Source: a virus
DNA: 64,000 bases
Direction: 5' to 3' (one strand)
IMG/VR virus record: IMGVR_UViG_3300035181_002522
Span: 1-64,000 of that record
Shown: piece by piece, positions 37,056-47,560 of the stretch
How positions within the stretch are numbered: the stretch's first letter is position 1
How the letters are laid out: every line of letters starts with the position of its first letter
Notes under the pieces: model-generated
The model's input: only the letters and a program-made list of their open reading frames with translations
The model's database searches: none
What the model was told of the DNA's origin: nothing
Translations under genes and position numbers: made by a program

Positions 37056-37911
37056 TAAAATCCATAACTGAAGTCATACCATTTTCCAGTTGTTCTTGAG
37101 TTAATTCTGGTAAAGAATCTGAACTGACTGAACAAAATGCAGGAAAATCATCCCATAAAGCTTGAATTGGAGCTTGGGCTCCAGTGATAGCTTTTTCAGT
37201 ATTATTCTGTGGTAATTTAGTTTCTTTTGCAACCTTTTCAATTAGATGAAAATGACGAGAATAAACATGCAAAGACATTGCATTCCAAATAACAGTTCCA
37301 AGTTTTAAATTTGGATATGTATCAAGTAAATCATTATAAAGTTTTGAATGAACAAAATCAATCCAAAATTTATCACCCTTATATCCAAAAATTGCGTCGC
37401 TTGAGCGAAAATTAGCTATTGAAATTAGTCCATTATCTCGAATAAAATGCTGAGTATTTTGACAACAAATAAAATCACTTCTGCCAATCAAATTCCATTC
37501 AACATGCATTGATGGTCGATTGTAAATCATTATTGCCTGTCTAGACGCTTGATCACTTTTTAATTTATTAAGAACGTGCTGATATTGATTTCCATTATTA
37601 TCTGAAAATATTAAATTTCCATAATTAGAATTGATAAACCCATCTTCATCAGCAATTTGCTGCCAAATTTTTGGAATTGGTGGTGGAATATCATTTACAT
37701 TCAAAGATTCTGACAAATACCAAGCTAATTCTCGATTATGCCATTCATCATTTGCAGTTCCAAAGATTGTTGGCTCATCAGCTATAAATGATGTGTTTAT
37801 AATTTCTATAACTTGAGTTCCATTTTTGTCTGGAACTATACCTTTACCTGAGGTATAGAGGTCAATAAATTGTTGACGAATATCCAAAACTTTTGTGCTA
37901 GTAAAAAGCAT
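37021..37911 (-). CDS. dCMP hydroxymethylase-like protein (T4 gp42 family)
   Basis: RELAWY, INSNYG, SRQAIMIYNRPSM, DFICC, RSSDAIFGYKGD (Asp at the base-specificity position as in gp42, where thymidylate synthases have Asn), SLHVY. Confidence 0.88.
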   Translation of the reverse strand: MLFTSTKVLDIRQQFIDLYTSGKGIVPDKNGTQVIEIINTSFIADEPTIFGTANDEWHNRELAWYLSESLNVNDIPPPIPKIWQQIADEDGFINSNYGNLIFSDNNGNQYQHVLNKLKSDQASRQAIMIYNRPSMHVEWNLIGRSDFICCQNTQHFIRDNGLISIANFRSSDAIFGYKGDKFWIDFVHSKLYNDLLDTYPNLKLGTVIWNAMSLHVYSRHFHLIEKVAKETKLPQNNTEKAITGAQAPIQALWDDFPAFCSVSSDSLPELTQEQLENGMTSVMDFIAKRKAHNNEL

Positions 37912-37944
37912 AAAATTAATCCATTAATTGTTTAAAACTGTCTA

Positions 37945-37973
37945 ATTATATCATAATCATGTTGAAAAATACA
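37945..37973 (-). promoter_or_regulatory. sigma70-type promoter for the hydroxymethylase/helicase operon
   Basis: TGTATT-17 nt-TATAAT with extended TG. Confidence 0.55.
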
Positions 37974-38007
37974 CTCTGTCTTTTGAGGTTAATATTGGTT
38001 GTAGGTA

Positions 38008-38014
38008 ATAAATA
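38008..38014 (+). promoter_or_regulatory. T4-like late promoter motif
   Basis: ATAAATA upstream of the tail cluster. It recurs at 40142, 45695, 46828, 52086 and 53769, four of these just after terminators or stops. Confidence 0.6.
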
Positions 38015-38065
38015 CAGGAAGTTAACCCTTCCTTCACATTAACACTATCAAAAAGGAATTCAAAT

Positions 38066-40102
38066 ATGATTTTTGACGGAGTCGAACTTCTCGAAGGTTC
38101 ACAGATCATCAATAGTGTGATCAACACTGGGGCTTCGTTTCCAGTTGGCCCTAATCACGTTCCAGACCAAGGCGAATTATTTTATAAAAATGATAATTCT
38201 GATTTACTCGGCGAAATTGGCATTTACGTTTATGATGGAGCAAATTGGGTTCCATTCGCTAGTCAAACTTTTGTAAATGACCAGCTTAATGGTCAAGTAA
38301 CGACTATTCCAGCTGGCGCAACGTTGCCAGCGACAAGTTCAGCAACCAATGGAGAATTGTTTTATAAAAATAGTGCAGCTGATACTATTCCAATTGGTTT
38401 GTATATCTACAGTTTTGCTGCTGCTGAATGGCAAGTGGTTTCAAGCTCAAGTAGTCATCCTATCATCTCAGCGGCAAGTTCAGTTGATAATAGTGGTGTT
38501 ACGTTTGTTCAAGATTTGACATTTGATTCATTTGGGCATGTGACTGGAACCGCAAGTGCGATGGTTCCAAGTGCATCAACCTCTCAAGTTGGTTTAGTTC
38601 AATTATCAGATAGCACATCGACAACAAGTTCAAGCCTTGCTGCAAGTTCAACTGCTGTAAAAGCCGCTTATGATTTAGCGGCGGCCGCATTACCAGCTAC
38701 AGGTGGAACATTGAGTGGTAGTATTACTATTTCTACTGGTAATCATATCACAATTTCAGATGCGCCAGTTAATGGAACAGATGCCGTTAATAAAATTTAT
38801 GTCGATGCAAACCTTGCTGGGTTGTCATGGAAACAGTCTGTAAAAACCGCTACTACAGCAAATATTACTTTATCTGGAACTCAAACAATCGACGGAGTTT
38901 CAGTTATAGCAGGCGACAGAGTTCTTGTTAAAGACCAAAGTACAGCTTCACAAAATGGTATTTACATTGTGGCTGCAGGAGCATGGACGAGAGCAACTGA
39001 TTTTGACCAAGCTTCACCGATTAATGAAGTTAATTCCGCGGCGGTTTTTGTTGAGCAAGGTTCATTAAATGCTGATACTGGTTGGACGCAAATTAATAAT
39101 GTTTCAACGGTAGGTTCTGATGCAATTTCGTTTACTCAGTTTAATGGCGCGGTTGGGGTAACGGCTGGGATAGGTTTAAGTAAATCTGGTAATACTTTAA
39201 ATGTTAACCTTGGCGCCGGTATCGCGCAATTACCTACCGATGAAGTTGGAGTTGATTTGTATTCTGGTGGTGGTTTAATGACTACTTCAGATGGAACAAA
39301 TTCAGATACATCAACTGGAGCTCAATTATCATTGGCATTAGTTGGAACAGCTGGCACATATAAAAGTATCACAACTGATAACTTTGGTAGAGTGACAAGT
39401 GGTTCAAATCCAACGACCTTAAGCGGCTTTGGTATCACTGATGCTCAGCCACTTGATGACGATTTGACAGCTATAGCTGCGTTAAGTGGTACTTCTGGTA
39501 TCTTGAAAAAAACGGCAGCAAATACTTGGTCTTTAGATACTAGCACCTATTTGACAGGTAATGAGACAATTACTTTGTCAGGTGATGCTTCTGGGTCAGG
39601 TTCAGTTAATATTTCAGTAACTCTTGCTAACTCTGGGGTTACAGCTGGTACGTATAATAATTCTACAACGGCGATAACACCGATTACGGTTGATGCTAAA
39701 GGTAGAATTACTTCAACTGGGTCAGCTGTAACAATAACACCTGCATTTAGTTCACTCACTGGTAAGCCAACTACATTAAGTGGATATGGTATCACTGATG
39801 CTCAACCACTCGATGGAGATTTAACCGCCATAGCAGCGTTGGGTGGTTCTGCTGGTGTTTTAAGAAAAACCGCGGCCGATACTTGGCAGTTAGATACTTC
39901 TGCTTTTGTTAATGTTGTTCAAGGAACAGCAAATCAAGTTACCGCAAATACCGCAAGTGGAACAGTTACTATTGGATTAGCAGCTAATATTACTGGAGTA
40001 AATACCATTACTTTAGGTCAGCAGCCAACAGCTAATATGCACGCTGTCACTAAGCAATATGCTGATACGATGGCCATGGCTTATGCCATTGTATTTGGAT
40101 AA
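38066..40102 (+). CDS. tail fibre protein
   Basis: 678 aa; GLVQLSDSTS tail-fibre repeat; shares the ATTANITLSGTQTIDG/GDRVLVK/QNGIY and PTTLSGYGITDAQP modules with 5852..10705. Confidence 0.85.
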   Translation: MIFDGVELLEGSQIINSVINTGASFPVGPNHVPDQGELFYKNDNSDLLGEIGIYVYDGANWVPFASQTFVNDQLNGQVTTIPAGATLPATSSATNGELFYKNSAADTIPIGLYIYSFAAAEWQVVSSSSSHPIISAASSVDNSGVTFVQDLTFDSFGHVTGTASAMVPSASTSQVGLVQLSDSTSTTSSSLAASSTAVKAAYDLAAAALPATGGTLSGSITISTGNHITISDAPVNGTDAVNKIYVDANLAGLSWKQSVKTATTANITLSGTQTIDGVSVIAGDRVLVKDQSTASQNGIYIVAAGAWTRATDFDQASPINEVNSAAVFVEQGSLNADTGWTQINNVSTVGSDAISFTQFNGAVGVTAGIGLSKSGNTLNVNLGAGIAQLPTDEVGVDLYSGGGLMTTSDGTNSDTSTGAQLSLALVGTAGTYKSITTDNFGRVTSGSNPTTLSGFGITDAQPLDDDLTAIAALSGTSGILKKTAANTWSLDTSTYLTGNETITLSGDASGSGSVNISVTLANSGVTAGTYNNSTTAITPITVDAKGRITSTGSAVTITPAFSSLTGKPTTLSGYGITDAQPLDGDLTAIAALGGSAGVLRKTAADTWQLDTSAFVNVVQGTANQVTANTASGTVTIGLAANITGVNTITLGQQPTANMHAVTKQYADTMAMAYAIVFG

Positions 40103-40108
40103 ATTTGA

Positions 40109-40139
40109 AAAAGGATAAAGTAGTGTGCTTTATCCTTTT
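40109..40139 (+). terminator. intrinsic terminator
   Basis: AAAAGGATAAAG-loop-CTTTATCCTTTT after the stop. Confidence 0.75.
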
Positions 40140-40193
40140 GCATAAATAGAGTTATCATCTCAAAATTAAATTTTCTTCTTAGGAGACAATATC

Positions 40194-40532
40194 ATGGCAT
40201 TTAGAAATGCAGCTGCCGCAATTGGAACCTCTTTGACTACGCTTTATACTTGCCCAACTAGCTATGAAACTGTTGTGCATTCATTGTATATTTCAAACAC
40301 TGATACAATTAATACAATTAGTGTTGATATTCAGGCGACTTTGACTAAAGCTGGTTTAGGTTCAAAATATTTAGCTCAGAATGTTTCAATTCCAGCTGGA
40401 ACAACTTTGGTTTTCGATAAGCCGATTAATTTAAGACCGACTGACGTCTTGAAAGTTAAAGCTTCGGCAGCAACTTGTGATGCTTTCGCGAGTTTGTTAT
40501 TGACCGCTGAAGATACTGTAGCGCCTAACTAA
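40194..40532 (+). CDS. small virion/tail-associated beta protein
   Basis: 112 aa; TTLYTCP...SLYISN...IPAGTTL...LRPTDVLKV pattern common in tail gene clusters. Confidence 0.7.
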   Translation: MAFRNAAAAIGTSLTTLYTCPTSYETVVHSLYISNTDTINTISVDIQATLTKAGLGSKYLAQNVSIPAGTTLVFDKPINLRPTDVLKVKASAATCDAFASLLLTAEDTVAPN

Positions 40533-40546
40533 TAGGAGTTTTAAAC

Positions 40547-41074
40547 ATGGCATTTTTAGGACAGTATTCACCGAATACTTATCGCACGAATAACATTTTT
40601 ACAGCGTCTGCCGGTCAGACCGTCTTTAGTGCTGTGTATGACCCTGGTTGCGTTGACGTTTATCGAAATGGCGTTAAGTTAGTAAATGGTCAAGATTATT
40701 CCGCTTCAAATGGTAATTCAGTAACGTTGGTTTCAGCTGCGTCTGTGACCGATGTTATTGAGGTTGTTTCATTTAAAGTAAACTTGGCAATAAAAGATTT
40801 TTCTGGAGCCCCTATTGCGATTGGAGCTAATACAACTTTAGTTCAAGGTCAGCAATATTATTTGACAGCTTCAGGTTTAACAGTGAGTTTACCAACTTCA
40901 CCTTTAGCCGGTTGGGCGGTTAGAGTTTTTGATGTATCTGGTAGTGTGACAAATCAAGTATCTGGTAATGGAGCAAATATTCAAGCGTCAAGTTCAAATT
41001 TGACAATTGATATTGCAAATACTACCGTGACATTTGTTTATGTTGATGCTATTCGTGGTTGGTTGGTAATTTAA
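40547..41074 (+). CDS. tail-associated protein
   Basis: ASAGQTVF..YDPG.VDVYRNGVKL...DY.A.NG domain plus LPTSPLAG...FVYVDAIRGW domain. Confidence 0.75.
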   Translation: MAFLGQYSPNTYRTNNIFTASAGQTVFSAVYDPGCVDVYRNGVKLVNGQDYSASNGNSVTLVSAASVTDVIEVVSFKVNLAIKDFSGAPIAIGANTTLVQGQQYYLTASGLTVSLPTSPLAGWAVRVFDVSGSVTNQVSGNGANIQASSSNLTIDIANTTVTFVYVDAIRGWLVI

Positions 41075-41087
41075 GGAGCTTATAACA

Positions 41088-41474
41088 ATGACTTTATTAA
41101 CGGTTCTTAGACAAGGTACCAACTTTGGTAGCTTAAATATCACCAATTTAACAACAAACGGCGCAACAGTAATCACTCCAGTGGCGTTAACTGAAGCATC
41201 TCCAACCACTTGGAATTGGGCAACTGCACAAAATGCTACATTATCTTTAACTGCAAGCAGAGTTATTTCAAATCCAACAAATGCAATTAATGGACAATAT
41301 GCATCATTGAGAGTTGTACGAACTGGTGCATTCCAGTTATCTTTTGACACTTTGTTTAAAGGTGTTTCTAGCATAAGTCAATCAACAACTTCGGGATTTG
41401 TCGATCATTTTGTTTTTAGATATAACGGCACGAACTTTGAACTTGTAAGTTTCAGAGCAAACATAGGAGCATAA
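41088..41474 (+). CDS. tail-associated protein
   Basis: 128-aa beta-rich ORF with AAGGAG RBS. Confidence 0.7.
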   Translation: MTLLTVLRQGTNFGSLNITNLTTNGATVITPVALTEASPTTWNWATAQNATLSLTASRVISNPTNAINGQYASLRVVRTGAFQLSFDTLFKGVSSISQSTTSGFVDHFVFRYNGTNFELVSFRANIGA

Positions 41475-41475
41475 T

Positions 41476-44400
41476 ATGTCTCTATTTCATACCTTAGCGG
41501 TTGGAAATGTTGAAAGTAAAGATGTAATCTATGATGTTCCAAAAAGCTTAAGATTCAGAAGTAGTTATCTAAGTAGGTCAAATATCTTTGGGACTTCACC
41601 AGCTGATACCTCTACTTTAAAGAAAACTTTCTCAGTTTGGGTTAAACGTGGCTCATTGGGTTCACAACAAGCAATATTAACAAATGCTCTTAACTCAGCG
41701 AGTTATTGGTATATTGATTTTGATTCTTCAGATCGCTTAGCATTAGTTAGTAGCAGTAGTTCAACTATTGTTTTAAATAAAGTGACAACCCAAGTATTCC
41801 GAGATACTTCAGCATGGTATCATATTTGTGTTTTAGTTGATACTTCACAAGCTGGCGCTTCAGAGCGCGTCATTCTTTACGTAAATAACGTTCGCGTTAC
41901 CTCGTTTTCAACTGATGTTGTTCCAGCGCAAAATACCGCTGCACTTTCATTTTTAACTCCAACCTCAGGTACTTGGATTTCAACGTTTGGATATGATACT
42001 GGGGCAGCTGGCAGCAACTTAGATGGTTATCTAGCTGAAATTAATGTAATTGATGGTCAAGCTGTTAGCCCACTAAATTTTGGTCAAGTGAGTGCTGATT
42101 CAGGGCAATGGAACCCAATTCAATATACTGGAACTTATGGAACCAATGGTTTTTACCTGAATTTTAATGATACTAGCAGTGTGAGTGCGTTAGGGCTTGA
42201 TGCATCTGGAAATAATAAAACTTGGACTCCAGTGAATGTAAGTTTAACAGCTGGAGCTACTTATGATAGCATGTCTGATAGTCCAACTAATAACTTTCCA
42301 ACTTTTAACAATTTAAAAGTTTTTTCAGCCAACTTAACTGGTTCAAATGGATTGTTAACAGCATCTAATTCAACATCAGTTGTAACAACTAAAGTTGCAT
42401 CAATGGTTATCCCAAGCGTTGGCAGATGGTATTTTGAGGTAATGGCTGCTAACGTGCCATCAAGCACCGCAAATTTTATTGGGGTTGCTCCAGCAAGTCA
42501 GACTGATTTAAACACTGCATTTAACGCTGTTGGGTCATATAGAAGTAATGGAATAATTACAGATTTTGCCTCAGCTACACAAACAGCTGGTGCTTCTTAT
42601 ACTTCTGGTGATGTGATTGGTGTTGTTGTTGACGCTGAATTAGGAACAGTTCAGTTTTATAAAAATGGGGTTGCGCAAGGTGCTAATCCATCATTTACGT
42701 ATACGCCTGGTTTAACTTTAACTCCATTTGTAGCAACTGATAGTGTAGCTGGAACTAAAACATTTAACATTAATTTTGGTCAACAGCCTTTTGTTTATTC
42801 ATCAGCAGGTTATCAAAAGCTTTCAACAAGAAATTTACCAATTGCGTCAATAAAACGTGGCGAAACCGCAATGACGGTTGCAACTTATATTGGTAATGGT
42901 GGTAATCAACAAATTGGAGAATATCAGTTTCCAAGGTTTAATTATACCATTGGCAAATCGTTAAGGTTTAAAGGTGTTAACAGTTATTTGTCAAGAACCC
43001 CATCAGCTAATGGTAGTTTGACAACTTGGACTTGGTCCGGTTGGGTAAAACGAAGCGCTTTGGGAGTTATACAGACTTTATTTACAGCTAGCACGTCAAG
43101 TTCAAATTATACCGCTGCGGTATCAATTGACGCTGCAGATACTTTAACGTTTAGCCATAATGGTGGAGCTGGAGCAACGACATATAGAAAATCAGCAATA
43201 GCGCTTAAAGATACATCAAATTGGATTCATGTTATTGTAATTTCTGATACTACTAATGCCACGGCTCAAAATAGAATTAGAATGTTTGTTAATGGCAGTG
43301 AAATAACTTCTTGGACAACAAATACAACTGTCACTCAAAATACAACATGGTTGGTAAATTCTTCATCAGTTGCACATTCATTAGCGGCATTTAATGGTGG
43401 TAGCATAAGTAATTTACACAATGGCTATTTGGCTGAAGTTAATTTTGTTGATGGTCAGGCATTAACCGCATCGTCTTTTGGTGAATTTGACATTAATGGT
43501 TATTGGATTCCAAAAGCTTACACTGGCACCTATGGAACTAATGGTTTTTACCTGCCATTTTCAGATAATAGCGCATTAACAACCAGTTCAAACGTTGGTA
43601 TCGGAAAAGATTTCTCTGGAAATACAAATTATTGGACGACTAATAATATTAGTTTAACGGCAGGTATCACTTATGATTCAATGCTGGATACTCCAACTGA
43701 TAATTATGCAACGTTAGAGATATTGAAAGCATCAGGTATCGCTGCAACCTCAATAGCTCAGGGTGCTTTAGCATTTATAACGACAAATGCTGAATCTGGT
43801 TCTACATATGGAACTATTGCAATGACCGCTGGTAAATGGTATTTTGAAGTGCTTATCAGTGGCTCATCATCTCAGCCATCAATTGGACTAACTACAAACT
43901 TTGGTTCAAATACGACATATTTTGCTGCTTATAGTGGTGATGTGTATATTGGTACAACTTTGATAGCAACCGTAAGCCCTGCCGTATCTGGAGATGTTAT
44001 TGGAGTTCGTGCTGATTATTCAGCTCAGCAAATTCAATTTTATAAGAACAACGTGTTATTAGTAACATGTAATATTAAATTTGAAACATTATTACCGACT
44101 GTTAGTGATGTTAGTTCAGTTAGTTCCGATACTGCGTATTTTAATTTTGGCCAAAGACCATTCTTTTATACTCCACCAGCTGGTTATAATGGAATTTCAA
44201 TGAGCAAAATTGCTGAATACACAAATAACTTAGAATCTCCAGATTTTATTTGGGTTAAGTCTCGAACAAGTGCGGTGAGTAATGTGTTATTTGACTCAGT
44301 TAGAGGACCAACAAAATTCGTTTTTAGTAATTTAACTAACGCGGAAACTACGGATGCAAGCTCAATAATAAGCTTTAACAAAAATGGTTTTTATACTGGT

Positions 44401-45171
44401 AGCTATGGTAATTTGAATGCGTCGACCATTTCGTATGTTGCTTGGATGTGGAAAGTTAATGCCTCACAGACAACAAATAATGATGGTTCAATTCAAACAA
44501 CCGTGAAAGCCGATTCAAATTTTGGATTTAGCGTGGTGACTTACACTGGAACTGGGGCGAATGCAACAGTTGGTCATGGTTTAGGTATAGCTCCAAAATT
44601 TGTTATTGTTAAAAATTTAGATTCAGCTGGAACAAACTATGGCTGGCCAGCTTGGCACTCAGCCTTAGCTGGAACTGAAGTTTTAACTTTAAATAGCTTA
44701 AACGCCAGAGCGGCAGGCACAACGTATTGGAATAGCACTAGTCCAAGTTCTATGGTTGTTTCATTGGGAACAAACATTGCCCTTAATGAAGCTGGTAAAC
44801 GCTCAGTGATGTACTGCTTCTCTGAAATTGATGGATTTAGCAAATTTAGCACCTATACTGGTAATGCAAATGTAGATGGTCCATTTGTTTATTGTGGCTT
44901 TAAACCAAGGTTCATATTGATTAAGCGTATTGATGCAACTGATTCTAATGCTAACTGGTGGTTATATGATACCATTAGAGATAATACTAATACAAATGGT
45001 ATTCCGCTTTATGCAAACGCGTTAACGGTTGAGGCAACTGGTATTAACATTGACATTCTTTCAAATGGCTTTAAAGTACGAGACAGCACAACTTCATTAA
45101 ACGCAAGCGCTGGAATATATTTGTTTGCTTCTTTTGCTGAATGTCCATTTAAATATGCAACAGCACTTTAA
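41476..45171 (+). CDS. large tail/receptor-binding protein with duplicated LamG(concanavalin)+SPRY-like domains
   Basis: Two copies of SLRF...WVKR...DTS.W.H...DG.A..P..FG...YTGTYGTNGFYL...PT.N; G(R/K)WYFEV and NFGQ.PF SPRY motifs; C-terminal PDFIWVKSR/GHGLGIAP/CGFKP domain. Confidence 0.85.
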   Translation: MSLFHTLAVGNVESKDVIYDVPKSLRFRSSYLSRSNIFGTSPADTSTLKKTFSVWVKRGSLGSQQAILTNALNSASYWYIDFDSSDRLALVSSSSSTIVLNKVTTQVFRDTSAWYHICVLVDTSQAGASERVILYVNNVRVTSFSTDVVPAQNTAALSFLTPTSGTWISTFGYDTGAAGSNLDGYLAEINVIDGQAVSPLNFGQVSADSGQWNPIQYTGTYGTNGFYLNFNDTSSVSALGLDASGNNKTWTPVNVSLTAGATYDSMSDSPTNNFPTFNNLKVFSANLTGSNGLLTASNSTSVVTTKVASMVIPSVGRWYFEVMAANVPSSTANFIGVAPASQTDLNTAFNAVGSYRSNGIITDFASATQTAGASYTSGDVIGVVVDAELGTVQFYKNGVAQGANPSFTYTPGLTLTPFVATDSVAGTKTFNINFGQQPFVYSSAGYQKLSTRNLPIASIKRGETAMTVATYIGNGGNQQIGEYQFPRFNYTIGKSLRFKGVNSYLSRTPSANGSLTTWTWSGWVKRSALGVIQTLFTASTSSSNYTAAVSIDAADTLTFSHNGGAGATTYRKSAIALKDTSNWIHVIVISDTTNATAQNRIRMFVNGSEITSWTTNTTVTQNTTWLVNSSSVAHSLAAFNGGSISNLHNGYLAEVNFVDGQALTASSFGEFDINGYWIPKAYTGTYGTNGFYLPFSDNSALTTSSNVGIGKDFSGNTNYWTTNNISLTAGITYDSMLDTPTDNYATLEILKASGIAATSIAQGALAFITTNAESGSTYGTIAMTAGKWYFEVLISGSSSQPSIGLTTNFGSNTTYFAAYSGDVYIGTTLIATVSPAVSGDVIGVRADYSAQQIQFYKNNVLLVTCNIKFETLLPTVSDVSSVSSDTAYFNFGQRPFFYTPPAGYNGISMSKIAEYTNNLESPDFIWVKSRTSAVSNVLFDSVRGPTKFVFSNLTNAETTDASSIISFNKNGFYTGSYGNLNASTISYVAWMWKVNASQTTNNDGSIQTTVKADSNFGFSVVTYTGTGANATVGHGLGIAPKFVIVKNLDSAGTNYGWPAWHSALAGTEVLTLNSLNARAAGTTYWNSTSPSSMVVSLGTNIALNEAGKRSVMYCFSEIDGFSKFSTYTGNANVDGPFVYCGFKPRFILIKRIDATDSNANWWLYDTIRDNTNTNGIPLYANALTVEATGINIDILSNGFKVRDSTTSLNASAGIYLFASFAECPFKYATAL

Positions 45172-45236
45172 ACAATTAATATTACAATAATGCTCGTTAA
45201 ATAGAGTAGGTTAAACATTCAAAGGGAATTAAAACA

Positions 45237-45623
45237 ATGTTCATTAAAAACAACAAGAGATTTAATTTAATCGCTCTACTTGATGGAGTTTTTATTGATG
45301 ATGCAGGGATTCAACACCCAGGGTCTTTATTGAGAAATCCAGAATTTCGTGAAGCTCATGGTATTAGTGAAATAGCTGAACCGGCTCGCGGAGATTATGA
45401 AACTCAAGACACACAAGAAATTGATGTTGCTCCATGGGTTATTATCACGGATAAATCTCAAGAGCAACTCAATAATGCTTTCAATGCAAAGGTAAAAGCT
45501 GAAATTCTTGTAAAAGAACAATCACAAGATAGAGCAATTCGTGAAGCCATATTGGCTGGTGATTTGACAAAACTTCAAGCTATTGAAGCTGAGATTGTAG
45601 CATTAAGAGCAACTCTTCGTTAA
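45237..45623 (+). CDS. tail fibre assembly/chaperone-like protein
   Basis: 128 aa with helical C-terminus, directly after a fibre gene. Confidence 0.55.
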   Translation: MFIKNNKRFNLIALLDGVFIDDAGIQHPGSLLRNPEFREAHGISEIAEPARGDYETQDTQEIDVAPWVIITDKSQEQLNNAFNAKVKAEILVKEQSQDRAIREAILAGDLTKLQAIEAEIVALRATLR

Positions 45624-45637
45624 ATTGAAATTGATAC

Positions 45638-45671
45638 AAAAGAGGGGGGAAGCATGTGCTTCCCCTTTTTT
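45638..45671 (+). terminator. intrinsic terminator
   Basis: GGGGAAGCA-TG-TGCTTCCCC followed by a T run. Confidence 0.8.
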
Positions 45672-45741
45672 ATTTAAAATTTGTTAAATCTGTCATAAAT
45701 AGCTTAAAGCTTCTTTTTAATCTAATAAAGGAATTAAATCT

Positions 45742-46779
45742 ATGTCTAAAAATTCACAATTGGCAGATTTACTTAACAGTGCTCAATTATCTAACATTAT
45801 TGACAGTGGTGATTTGACGTTCTCCGGTGCAGCTCAACGTATTAAAGCTCCATTTGGTGGAGTTGTTTCAAATCGTTTAGCGTTTCAAAACAGTTCATCA
45901 AATGCTGCTACTTTAGTTGCGTCTATTCCAAGTGGAACAGCAACTAACGCTAATTTTATGGCAATAAATAGCAGTGATATTTCAAATGGCGCTTATATTG
46001 CACTTGATGCAAATAGCTCAGTTAATTCAATCATAAGTGGCACTCTTGGCTCTGGTTCAGCCCTTCCATTGGGATTCAATGTTGGTGGAGCAGAACAATT
46101 AAGAATTGATACAGCTGGTAATGTCACATTGACAACAACACCGGCGCAATTCGATAATACTACAAAAGTAGCATCAACCGCATTTGTTCAAAGAGCTTTA
46201 GGTAATCTTGCTGGATATGTCACCTATGCAGCATCTACTTCTTTAGCAACTGCCGATTTGGGAAAATATGTTAATGGGACTACCACAGGTATTACATTAA
46301 CATTACCAGATGCAACAACAATATCAGCTGGAAGCACGTATTACATACAAGCTAGCACCTCTGCAACTTCAATTACGGTTGCCTCATCAAATGGTAATTT
46401 TACTGGGCCTAATGGTCCAGCGGCCGCATCAATCACAATAAGCAGTGGTAATATGGTTCAATTTGTTTCAAATGGAACTGGTTGGATAGCGACAGGTGGA
46501 GCAGGGTATGCATCATTAACTACAAATGGCTATCAAAAACTACCATCAGGTTTGATTATCCAATGGGGTTCATGGACTTCAAGTGGTACAGCAGGTAATC
46601 CAATTGCAGTAACTTTCCCAATAGCTTTCCCAAATAATAGATTTAGTTTATCTACTGTTATGTATGGTGCTTCAACAACTACACAAAGTGCATGGGCTGA
46701 TACACCAACATTAGCTGGATTTAATGGAAGAGCTTCAACTATTTCAGTTGCATGTAATTATATTGTAATTGGCAACTAA
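45742..46779 (+). CDS. tail fibre protein (GYQKLPSGLIIQWG C-terminal domain)
   Basis: TPAQFDNTTKVASTAFVQ and NGYQKLPSGLIIQWG...FPIAFP...IVIGN. Confidence 0.8.
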   Translation: MSKNSQLADLLNSAQLSNIIDSGDLTFSGAAQRIKAPFGGVVSNRLAFQNSSSNAATLVASIPSGTATNANFMAINSSDISNGAYIALDANSSVNSIISGTLGSGSALPLGFNVGGAEQLRIDTAGNVTLTTTPAQFDNTTKVASTAFVQRALGNLAGYVTYAASTSLATADLGKYVNGTTTGITLTLPDATTISAGSTYYIQASTSATSITVASSNGNFTGPNGPAAASITISSGNMVQFVSNGTGWIATGGAGYASLTTNGYQKLPSGLIIQWGSWTSSGTAGNPIAVTFPIAFPNNRFSLSTVMYGASTTTQSAWADTPTLAGFNGRASTISVACNYIVIGN

Positions 46780-46787
46780 TAATCTTC

Positions 46788-46819
46788 AGAAAGGGAGCCA
46801 TATGGCTCCCTTTCTTTTT
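46788..46819 (+). terminator. intrinsic terminator
   Basis: AGAAAGGGAGCCA-T-ATGGCTCCCTTTCT-TTTT. Confidence 0.8.
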
Positions 46820-46873
46820 GTCTGTAGATAAATAGACATATCGATTATCTCACTTTCTTTTGGAGACTAAATA

Positions 46874-47560
46874 ATGTCTTATATTGGCTCAGCGATAAAT
46901 TCTGCCGTCGTTAAAACAGAAAACACCGTTACTGCGACTGCAGGTCAAACCAGTTTTACTGGTCTTTCTTATAATCCAGCTGCACTTGAAGTTTACCTTA
47001 ATGGCGTCAAGTTACTTCCAGGCACTAGTTATACGGCAACTGATGGGACAACTATTACCTTAGCGGTTGCGGCAAATTTAGGTGATGTTTTAAACATTAC
47101 GTCAAATAATTCAGTTAATCCAACCTTATCATTGGTTAATTCAGTAGCTGGAACTACACTAAGTCGATTAGAAACTTCAGTTGCTGCTACTTCAGCTGGT
47201 CAAACATTATTTACTGGTTTCACATATACTCCTGGTTCAATTGATGTATTTTTAAATGGTGTTAAACTTCAACCAGCTGATTATATAGCGACAAATGGAA
47301 CTTCAGTCAGTTTAACCGCTGGAGCGTCTATTGGTCAAATCGTAACTGTATTAAGTTATAATCAAGTTAATACTCAAGCTGGTTTAGGTGGTGGAGCAAC
47401 AGGTGGAGCAGGTGATACTGTATTCTTTGAAAATAGCCAAGTTGTTAACAATAGCTACACTTTAACCGCTGGTAAGAATGCAATTTCAGCTGGCCCAATC
47501 ACGATTGCTGATACTAAAACAGTTGTTATCCCAACCGGAGCTAGTTGGGCAATTTGTTGA
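46874..47560 (+). CDS. tail-associated protein
   Basis: Two AGQT.F..Y.PG...V.LNGVKL domains plus GGATGGAGD.VFFEN...AGPITI...IPTG C-terminus. Confidence 0.75.
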   Translation: MSYIGSAINSAVVKTENTVTATAGQTSFTGLSYNPAALEVYLNGVKLLPGTSYTATDGTTITLAVAANLGDVLNITSNNSVNPTLSLVNSVAGTTLSRLETSVAATSAGQTLFTGFTYTPGSIDVFLNGVKLQPADYIATNGTSVSLTAGASIGQIVTVLSYNQVNTQAGLGGGATGGAGDTVFFENSQVVNNSYTLTAGKNAISAGPITIADTKTVVIPTGASWAIC

